From Fonticula alba ATCC 38817 (Eukaryota; Protista; Nucleariida): a DNA stretch of 24,601 bases. The stretch lies in the NCBI GenBank assembly GCA_000388065.2, contig KB932215.1. One strand, given 5' to 3'. The position numbers and the translations under genes were made by a program. Under the pieces are notes generated by a model. It saw only the letters and a program-made list of their open reading frames with translations, did not search any database and was not told where the DNA came from. Below are positions 10,956 to 19,462 of this stretch, in pieces. The first letter of the stretch is position 1. Every line of letters starts with the position of its first letter.

Positions 10956-12031
10956 ACAGGCCCCCCCCCCCCCCCCTCTCTGGCGCTTCCTCGGTGTCCC
11001 CCTTCGTCCGCTGCTACCACGGCCGACCCGGGCCCCCGGCTGTGGGGGTGGCTCTCCGCCTGCTGCGCGCCCCAAGACCGAAGTCCCCTCCCGCCGGACA
11101 CATGTACAACACCATGCAAGCCCATGCACAAGGGGGCACACGCACGCGTTTTGCCAGCGGAGGAAGGCAGGTACCCAAGTTCGAGGTCCTCCTTGGGCGG
11201 CCGCCCGTAGGCCGGGCGGTCGCTGACACGGCGCGTGCGGCCGGCCAGCAGAATGCCGAAGGACCATTTGATGATCTGCGTGGCGGCCATGAAGAGCATG
11301 GTGTAGGCGGCCGCCCGGGCGGTGGCCTTGAGCCGCGTGTCCATGCCGCCGGGGCCCGGCGGCACCAGGCACAGGTCGGTCTGCATGCAGAGGGCCGAGG
11401 CCAGGGGCAGAATCAGCGAGGTGTTGTTCTTGAATGTGCAGGCCAGGATGAGCAGACCCTCGGCCGGGGACAGGAGGAACTTGCCGGTCGGGGTGAAGAT
11501 CCCCTGCACGGCCCGGCGGAAGGCACTGCCGGCGGAGGGGTCCCCGGGGCTGGGGCCCTCCTCCGGGCCGGCGCCCCGAGCCCCGAGCCTCGGCCCGAGG
11601 ACCGGCGTGGCCTCTTCCGACTGGTCGGCCCCGGCCGAGGCCCGACCATGCCAGCCGGTGAAGTAGGCCCACGCGCGCGACAGCAGCACCACCCAAAACC
11701 CGAGGTACACCCCGAACAGGGCGTACGCCACCGAGGTCAGCAGCACCGGCCACAGCTTGACGGCCTGCCGGGCCCCGGTGATGGCCACCGTGACTCGGGT
11801 CAAAATCAGCGCCGGCGTCAGGACCTTGAAGGCCAGGCTGTTGAGCACGGTGTAGACATTCTTCCGGGCCAGGTGCCCGCGCAGGGTGGACCCCGATCCG
11901 TAGGTGGCGATGAACAGGGCCCCGAGCCCCACCACCGACAGGGTGAGGACCACCGTTTGCAGCGAGGCGATGACGATCTCATCGATCGAGCCGACGAGGT
12001 CGACGGGCGACGTCGTCTGGACGTTTATCAT
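9110..12031 (-). CDS. Auxin-efflux-carrier (AEC/Mem_trans, PIN/PILS/Ecm3-like) membrane transporter; inferred exons 12031-11146, 10601-10407 and 10122-9110 (697 aa)
   Basis: Two hydrophobic halves separated by a long hydrophilic loop. Family-like motifs: FKVLTPALI, FKNNTSLILPL, QIIKWSFG, LSPPTLAGIAAIIIGLITPLRRMFFG, AIPISLLALG, DPALCLVLLLQAAVPMA. Donors GTGCGT (11145) and GTACGT (10406) and acceptors (10602, 10123) are phase-compatible; the exons sum to 2094 nt, a multiple of 3. An extra exon hidden in gap 10656-10864 cannot be excluded. Confidence 0.85.
10610..10655 (+). repeat. (TATG)n/(TG)n microsatellite in AEC intron 1, flanking a gap
   Basis: gtatgtatgtatgtgtgtgtg run directly before the N-run starting at 10656. 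Confidence 0.9.
10656..10864. other. Assembly gap (209 N) in AEC intron 1
   Basis: N-run. Confidence 1.
10865..10900 (+). repeat. 36-bp exact direct repeat, copy 1 (contig edge)
   Basis: ccggcccgcacggcccgcggcgccgatcgcgggcag is identical to 17750-17785 and starts on the first base after gap 10656-10864. Confidence 0.9.
10907..10955 (+). repeat. Poly-C tract (about 49 nt), intronic
   Basis: Direct read. Similar tracts: 5578-5606 (C), 5191-5215 (G) and 19088-19134 (C). Confidence 0.9.
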
Positions 12032-12045
12032 AGGTGTAGTATGTT

Positions 12046-12077
12046 GTGTGCGTGTGCGTGTGCGTGTGCGTGTGCGT
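12046..12077 (+). repeat. (GTGTGC)n hexamer microsatellite just upstream of the AEC start codon
   Basis: gtgtgcgtgtgcgtgtgcgtgtgcgtgtgcgt read directly; a similar array lies at about 20020-20072. Confidence 0.85.
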
Positions 12078-13020
12078 CTGTAGTAGGCCAAAAGGAGCGA
12101 GGGGAGTGGGCGACGAGGAGACAGCAAAGCTTGGAGGCGGGCTTCTGTGGCGGGGCGGCGGAGTGGTCAGCACCGGCGCATGAGCACTTGGTGGGCGAGA
12201 GAGAGAGAGAGAGAGAAGGGGCGGCCGGGCGGCGGCGGATCGAGCGCGGTGCAAGTACTTCGTTGAGGACAGGGGAAAGGATGATGCTCTGGCGCTGGTT
12301 GTGGCCGCGATGGAGCGGCCCTCTTTTAGCCTGGCCCGGGACACCGAGCATCGGGGGCAGCGTCGTCCAGGGTCGGCCCTCGCCACCTACCCTCTGCCAA
12401 TGGGGATGTCGGGCCTTGCCGCGGCTGGGGGCGTGCGAGCGCCGGCGCCGGGGCACCCGTCCACCGTGGCCGAAGCCGGGGAGAAAGAGAAGAGGGAGCG
12501 CACACACACACACATATGCGCGCGCGCGCGCGGCACGCACGCGAGACCCCGCGCTCGAAGATCATCCCATGCGAGCCGCCATGGCAGGGACACTGCCGGT
12601 GTTCGCCGTGAGTCCCCCTGCCCGGGGAGGGCGCATAAGGCGGGCGAGTGGATGGGAGGAGATCGATCCACGCCCCGCCACGGGTGATGTGCGGCCGGAC
12701 TCGCCAGAGAGTCTCTCTGCCAGATTTGTTCTCCATCGGCCGGGGCTGCGAGCGCACGGCCGAGCCCTCCACCGTCCCCAGCGCCCCGTGCCTCGGGCCC
12801 CCCCCCCCCCAGGACATCGAGGGGTCAGATTCCAGGGCCGGGACAGCGGACTCCGGGGCCCACAATCGACCGGGCTAAATTCACCTCGGCCCGCGCCCGG
12901 CGGGATGGCTCCCCGGTCCCGAAGAGGGCGCGGGGACGCAAGGGGGCCAGGAGACTGGCGCGCCGGGACACGCGAGACCCCGGCCAGCGGGGTCGGCCGG
13001 GATCCGCGTTCAGACGGGGT

Positions 13021-13140
13021 CAGTTAAGAATCGCGTCGAACGGGCCGGATGCTGAAAAGAAGGGAAAATGGGCACGTGATCCATGTCGAGTTTAAAGTCA
13101 CATGTTATCTATTGGTCCGGCCCCGGGCCGATCGAGTTAA
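13021..13140. promoter_or_regulatory. AT-richer island with E-boxes and a CCAAT box, candidate promoter of the AEC transporter (or 3' processing region of the peptidase)
   Basis: Locally A/T-enriched in a very GC-rich background. CACGTGAT at 13073-13080, TTTAAA at 13091-13096, CACATG at 13099-13104 and ATTGG (reverse CCAAT) at 13111-13115; about 1.05 kb upstream of the AEC ATG. Confidence 0.35.
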
Positions 13141-13324
13141 GGCCCGGCTTGTGCCCGGGGCAGCCCCGCCGGTTCCCCGGCGGGGCGGAGCGGCTCTTCC
13201 TCATCGGGGGATGCGTGTGTGTGTGTGTGCGCGCGCGAATCGAGGTTAGCACGCAGCCGGCCTATTCCCTCGCGGCCACGCGGCCCTTTGCGCGACCTGC
13301 ACCGGCCGCGAGAGCATCGCCCTC

Positions 13325-16300
13325 CTAGTAGAAGATATTCCGGATGAAGCACCGGACGCTGGGGATGTCAGACTGGTAGTTGGAGCCGAGGAACTCCGAA
13401 AGCATGTCGCTGGCGTCGGTGGTGGCACCAGGCTCGAGGAGCATGCGGCGCACGCGCTGGCCCTGCTTGCGGTCATTCAACTGATCGGGCGACTGCTTGA
13501 ACCTGCGGTGTGGCGGCCGTGGTGGTGGGAGTGGCAGCAGCAGCAGCAGCAGTGGATGCGGTGGCGGCGGGGCCACGTGTCAGTAGCGGGCTGTGTGTGT
13601 GTGTGTGTGTGGAAGGAAGGAAGAGACGACGGAGGGAACGGCAAAAGACGGGTGAAAGGGAAAGCGGGAAAGATGTCCCTCCCCGTGAATGGGGAGCACG
13701 CACAGCGAGTAGCACACCTGGGCCAGAACGTCGGCCCACAGGTAGCCGTAGTAGCCGGCGTCATAGCCCTGGACCATGTGGAACCAGGAGCCCAGCATGC
13801 AGGGCCGAATGTCGGCATCCGGGTCGCGAACATGGCCGATGGCCTGGCCCTCGGCCTCGGCCTGCACGTAGGCCGAGGCCATGCCGGTGGCGTCGAGGAC
13901 TGCCTGGTCGTAGAGGGCGCGCAGGCGGTCGGCGGTCCAACCGCCGGCCGGCGGCTCGCCATGCATGTCCATGTCCACACGGGACAGGGCGATCTGCCGG
14001 GCGTAGCGGACCCCGAGCCCGGCGGTCCGAGTACGGACCAAGGCTTCCAGGGTCTCGCGCGAGGGGGCCTCCCCGGTGCGGTAGTGCCGGGCCGCCCGGA
14101 GGAGGACGTCCACCGACCAGGCCCAGTTCTCGAAGAGCTGGGACGGCACCTCGAGGAACTCATGCTCCACGCCGGCCGGGTAGGCGGCCGCCGACCATGC
14201 CCACGAGAAGAGCGAGTGCTCGGATTCGGAGAAGACGGCATGAAGGACCTGGTTCACGTGGCGCCATGTGTGTGTGTGTGTGTGTGTGTGNNNNNNNNNN
14301 NNNNNNNNNNNNNNNNNNNNNNNNNNNNNNNNNNNNNNNNNNNNNNNNNNNNNNNNNNNNNNNNNNNNNNNNNNNNNNNNNNNNNNNNNNNNNNNNNNNN
14401 NNNNNNNNNNNNNNNNNNNNNNNNNNNNNNNNNNNNNNNNNNNNNNNNNNNNNNNNNNNNNNNNNNNNNNNNNNNNNNNNNNNNNNNNNNNNNNNNNNNN
14501 NNNNNNNNNNNNNNNNNNNNNNNNNNNNNNNNNNNNNNNNNNNNNNNNNNNNNNNNNNNNNNNNNNNNNNNNNNNNNNNNNNNNNNNNNNNNNNNNNNNN
14601 NNNNNNNNNNNNNNNNNNNNNNNNNNNNNNNNNNNNNNNNNNNNNNNNNNNNNNNNNNNNNNNNNNNNNNNNNNNNNNNNNNNNNNNNNNNNNNNNNNNN
14701 NNNNNNNNNNNNNNNNNNNNNNNNNNNNNNNNNNNNNNNNNNNNNNNNNNNNNNNNNNNNNNNNNNNNNNNNNNNNNNNNNNNNNNNNNNNNNNNNNNNN
14801 NNNNNNNNNNNNNNNNNNNNNNNNNNNNNNNNNNNNNNNNNNNNNNNNNNNNNNNNNNNNNNNNNNNNNNNNNNNNNNNNNNNNNNNNNNNNNNNNNNNN
14901 NNNNNNNNNNNNNNNNNNNNNNNNNNNNNNNNNNNNNNNNNNNNNNNNNNNNNNNNNNNNNNNNNNNNNNNNNNNNNNNNNNNNNNNNNNNNNNNNNNNN
15001 NNNNNNNNNNNNNNNNNNNNNNNNNNNNNNNNNNNNNNNNNNNNNNNNNNNNNNNNNNNNNNNNNNNNNNNNNNNNNNNNNNNNNNNNNNNNNNNNNNNN
15101 NNNNNNNNNNNNNNNNNNNNNNNNNNNNNNNNNNNNNNNNNNNNNNNNNNNNNNNNNNNNNNNNNNNNNNNNNNNNNNNNNNNNNNNNNNNNNNNNNNNN
15201 NNNNNNNNNNNNNNNNNNNNNNNNNNNNNNNNNNNNNNNNNNGGGGGATGGACCACGCGGGAGGGGCGAGCGGAGGGGGGGCAGGCGCGGGGCGCGGGGG
15301 CGAGAGTAACGGAGGCGGCGAGGGGGGCGGGGGGGGGGGGGGAGCAAGAGGCGGGCATGTGTCAGTAGTGCGCAAGAGGCTCTGCAGGGGGAGGGAGGGA
15401 GGGGGGAGGGGGAGGGGTAGGCGCAGCAAGAGAGGGACCCGGGAAAGAGGGACCCAGGTCTGCACCGCCACCGCCGCCACCAGGGCAGCCCGGCTCATCC
15501 GGACCCCCCCCCCCCCCCTTCCCGGCCGGCTGTTGGCAAGCGTGCGCGGCGTACACGGCAAAGATCAGGTCCCGGACCTGGGACACCGGGAAGTATGCCC
15601 GCAGGGCCTCCTCATCGACATTCATGTTGCGCTCGCGCCAGATGCGCTGCAGGAAGGCCACATCCCACCAGCGGATGTCCTCCTGCCCGGCGGGCACCAG
15701 CCCCGGGGCCAGGTCACGCAGGGCCGCCAGCTCGCGGTCGCATTCGGCACGGACGCCGGACTCCTGCGCCTCGCGAAGGAAGGCCCCGACGGTGGCCGGC
15801 TGCTGGGCGATGGTGTCCCCCTGGAGGCGGCGGTCGGCGTGGGTGTCGAAGCCCAGCAGCCGGGCCGCCGCGTGGCGAGCCGTCAGCAGCTCGGCCAGGA
15901 TGTCCAGGTTGCCGGCGCGCACGGCCCGGCGGTCGCGCGCCGCCGACAGACGCCGCCGGGTGCTGGCCACCTGGCACTGCTCGAGCACCACATGCACGTG
16001 CGGCGGCGAGGTGGTCACCACGAAGAAGTGCTCCGGCCCGGGCGTCAGCAGGTCGCCGGTGGCTTGGAGGTCGGCGGCCGGGACGCGCTCCAGCGCGTCG
16101 ATGAAGTCCGCCGGGCAGCCCTCCTGCGCCGGAGGGGACGTGCGGGGCAGAGGGCCGGGGGTAAGGGGAATGCCCGGAAGCAGGAGCGGGACTCGGGCGG
16201 GTCAGGGCGAGCGGGGGCCGGGCACGGGTGCTCGCGGGCGCCAGGGCGTGCGTACCAGCTCCTCACGCGAGAAGTACACCTTGGCGGCGTTCTCATTGAT

Positions 16301-17003
16301 GTTGTTGACGAAGCGCGACTGCAGCGAGGCGATGCGCTCGCTGAGCTCGGCGAATTCGGCCTGCGCCGCGGGGTCCGTGATGCCGGAGCCCCGCTGCTCC
16401 ATGCGCTTGAGGGTGTGGTCCAGCAGCCGGGCCGTCTGGACAGGCAGGTCGGGCCGGGAGCAGCCGGCTGCCGCGGCTGCGACCGGTCCCAGGGCCGGAG
16501 GGGGGGGTGGGGGGCGGGGGCGGGGGTGTCAGGGCAGATGCGACCAGTGGATGCCGGGGGCTGGAGGGGGGCAGGGGGGAAGGCCGACCGAGGGCCGGCC
16601 ATCGTCGCGTACCCTTGAACACCTTGTACAGGGCGGGGTTGGTGTACTGCTTTTCCCAGGCCAGCTTCAGGGCGGACTGGGCGGCGGAGGCGGCCGCGCG
16701 GACGGCCGGATCCGGCGAGCCCACCATCAGGAAGATGGTCAGCTGCGACTGCATGGTGGCGGCCCAGTCGTGCTTCTGGTGCCACTTGATCAGGGTCGAG
16801 TCCAGGTCGGGGGGGTTCTCCGAGGCAGGCGACCACCTGTGCTCGCGCGGTGACACCCGGGGGGGGGGGGGGGCGGGATGCGGGGCGCACTTCTTGACAA
16901 TCTCATCCGAGGTGGTGGTCATGGCGGAGATGAGCTGCTGGCACTGCTGCTCGATCTGCTTGGCAGTCAGGCCATACTGCATGCCCATCGGGGGGAGGAG
17001 CAT
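13325..17003 (-). CDS. THOP1-like: Peptidase family M3A, thimet oligopeptidase/neurolysin/saccharolysin-like; exons 17003-16891, 16836-16613, 16476-16256, 16123-about 15555, missing exon(s) in gap 14291-15242, 14248-13704 and 13502-13325
   Basis: Matches to M3A conserved blocks: AKQIEQQCQQLI, PDPAVRAAA, RFVNNINE, HAAARLLGFDTHAD, IRWWDVAF, LRAYFP, VLHAVFS (the block after HExxH), EFLEVPSQLFENW, RHYRTGE, RQIALSRVDMDMH, GYDAGYYGYLWADV, LLEPGATTDASDMLSEFLG. Splice phases agree for all junctions outside the gap. The HExxH zinc motif itself falls in the N-gap. Confidence 0.93.
14267..14290 (+). repeat. (TG)n microsatellite in a peptidase intron, flanking a gap
   Basis: tgtgtg run directly before the N-run 14291-15242; other (TG)n runs at about 13593-13610 and 17580-17607. 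Confidence 0.9.
14291..15242. other. Assembly gap (952 N) hiding M3 peptidase exon(s), including HExxH
   Basis: The segment between LIFAV and VLHAVFS of M3A peptidases is missing. Confidence 0.95.
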
Positions 17004-17577
17004 GGCGGCGGCGGGGCGGGTGGGGACGGCCGGGGCGGCGGTCGGCGGAGAGCCAGCGAAGGCGGCGGGGAGGAGGCGGGCGAGCGACCGGGGCTCGCAA
17101 CCGGCCGCAGGCCGGCGCACGGGCCCCGTCTGCCTGCTTGCCTTCCCAGAAGAGCCCGGCAGTCCTCTCGGTACCAGTGCGCGGGGCGTGCGCCCCGGGC
17201 CCGGGGGAGGGGGGCGGGGCGAGGGGGCGCCCGGCCAGTTTGTCGGGGGGGGGCCTGCGGACGCCCCCGGCCCGGTCGGTGGGGGGGGCTCTTTGGCGGG
17301 GGGGGGGGGGGCGGGGGGCGAGGGGCGTGGTAAGCGGGGTGTGGTGACGGCCGGGTGCCCCGGTGGGGGACGGGGGTGGCAGAAAAGAAAAAGAAGCCCC
17401 ACGGCAAACAAGGAGGCCGAGGGCGCAGCGGGAGCAGTCTCACGCACGACGCCAGCTGGCCGGGGTAGGCGACGGAGAAGGGGGCCAGCGGCGAGCCGGC
17501 CGGCAAGCATGTCCTCGATGACCAAGCGGGCGAGGTGCAGGGCGGGGCGGAGAAGGGACAGGCAGGGGAGCGGGTGG

Positions 17578-17610
<33 letters not shown>

Positions 17611-17749
17611 TGTGTGGAGGCGGGGCGGTTTACACCGCCGCCCTGGGAGACGGCGCCCGCGTAGGACGCCGGCTCCCGATCCACGGCGGGCATTTTCCCC
17701 ATCGGACAAGTAGTGCCCTCCGCCCTGGCCAGTGTGACTAGCGCGGCGG

Positions 17750-17785
17750 CCGGCCCGCACGGCCCGCGGCGCCGATCGCGGGCAG
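17750..17785 (+). repeat. 36-bp exact direct repeat, copy 2
   Basis: Identical to 10865-10900; both copies are followed within a few bases by a poly-C tract. Confidence 0.9.
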
Positions 17786-18425
17786 CAGCTGCCCCGCGCC
17801 CCCCCCCCCCCCGGTCATGGCCAAGCTGGTCCGGGAGCCTCCTGGGTGTTGCGCGCGCCCTGCGCCCCCTCCCAGCCGGTGCCCGCGAGCCGGGATCGCT
17901 GGGGGCTCGCTGTCAGCGCACGCGCGATCACGGGATCATGTCTTTTCGCCGGCGCCCCGTCGGCGCTTTGCCCGCGCTTCTGTTGCGCGGCGATCCGGCG
18001 ACCCCGCCGGGGCCTGCCCCCGGGAAGGGGGCCTGCCGTGCGCGGGAAGGGGGGGACCGAAAAAGGGGCCCTTCGTGTGATGCGCTTCCTTGGGTGCATG
18101 TGTGTGTGTCTGCGTTGACCGGCGGCGGTCGCTACCCCCCCCCTCCTCCTGCCCTCCCTCCGGGCGGCACGATCGCGGCGAGGGGGAAGGCAAAGAAAAC
18201 AAGACTACAGAGGGATTATTTATTTGGGATTATTCTTTTTCCTCCGGGAGAGAAGACAGAGGCCACCAGCGGCGGATGGTGGGCACAGGGCAGGGGCTGA
18301 TAGGATGCGGTGGCCGACACGCACACGGACACACCCACAGCAGGGGCGCCTGGCGTTCCGGCGCATGGAAGACCGCGACTCTGCGGCGGGGCCAGGGCCC
18401 GGCGGGAGGGCCCATGCCCCGGCCA

Positions 18426-18781
18426 CTACATGACCTGGCAGGAGGACTCGCTTTCGGCCGGGGGCGGCGCCGGCGGGGGGACCGGGTTGCGGGTGGGCAG
18501 GCCGTGCCGGGCACGAATCTCATCGTACCGGCGCTCGCGCTCGGCGTGGCGCTCATTCAGGCGCTCCTTGCGCGCGGCGTCCTCCTGAGCCTGGCGCTCC
18601 TTCTCCTTGTCCATTTCGGCCTTCTTGCGCTGGGCATGGCGCGGCAAACACAAGGGGGGGGGGGGCAAATGGGTGTCCGTACGGCCTGGACCTCGGGGTC
18701 CTCCTCCTCGTCGTTGAAGCCCATCGAGTCGGTGATGCCCTTGACCTTGTTGCCGATGATGGCCTTGGTGATGGAATCCAT
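18426..18781 (-). CDS. CPLX-like: Complexin (synaphin)-like protein with C-terminal CAAX box, 100 aa; exons 18781-18683 and 18629-18426
   Basis: Spliced product: MDSITKAIIGNKVKGITDSMGFNDEEEDPEVQARKKAEMDKEKERQAQEDAARKERLNERHAERERRYDEIRARHGLPTRNPVPPPAPPPAESESSCQVM*. Phase-0 53-nt intron GTACGG...gcccAG. By eye it follows complexin architecture: N-terminal helix (MDSITKAIIG vs MEFVMKQALG), DEEEDP vs DEEKDP, charged accessory helix, ungapped central helix, and CQVM vs CPLX3 CHVM / CPLX4 CSVM. Confidence 0.8.
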
Positions 18782-19086
18782 GATGATGAAAGTGGTGGCG
18801 GTGGGCACCCTCGTGCGGATGCGTCTTTGTGCAGGGGGTGCGGTGAACAGAAGGGAGAGAGAGAAAGGGGGGGGGGGGGGATGGCTGGGGGGGATATGGC
18901 CGGTGCCGGGCCGTGGCCGGTACCGGCTGGGTGGCCAACAAAAAAGATCGTCATGATCGGCGGCCCGGACCCGGGGGAGGTTGCGTGCACCAGCACACGG
19001 ATCGGCCTCCGCCATCGCCTCTCGCCCGCCGGGGTCGCCGGGCCGTTGTGTGCCTCAGGAACCGGGTCCGGTGCTGTGATGTCCCC

Positions 19087-19087
<1 letters not shown>

Positions 19088-19134
<47 letters not shown>
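19088..19134 (+). repeat. Poly-C tract (about 47 nt) between the UVRAG-like 3' end and the complexin-like 5' end
   Basis: Direct read; a G-run on the minus (transcribed-sense) strand, so G-quadruplex-capable. Confidence 0.9.
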
Positions 19135-19136
<2 letters not shown>

Positions 19137-19462
19137 TGCCCGCCCCCCCCTCCCCCCCCCCCCCAGCGCCCCCCCCCTCCCCAGGCTGACTTCCGTGTCT
19201 CTTCCCTTTGCCCGACTCCGGCCCCCCCGGCCATCAGCGCACCGCGGGGAGGTGGCCCACAGCCTGGGCTCGCCCAAGCAGACCACGGCCCCATGTCCCA
19301 ACGGACGGCGATCTGCTTGAGTGCATCTATTTTTTGGCCCGCCCGGGGGGGGGGGGGGGGGAGAAGGGACGGGGACTTCCCGCCCGGGCCTCGCACGGCG
19401 GCCGGACATGCGCATGGAAAAAGGCGACGCCGGAGGGGGAAGCGGCAAGGAGACCGGATGCT

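Noticed and set aside
13508-16618. 1036-aa plus-strand ORF and overlapping ORFs
   Set aside because: Antisense to the M3 peptidase and about one third N.
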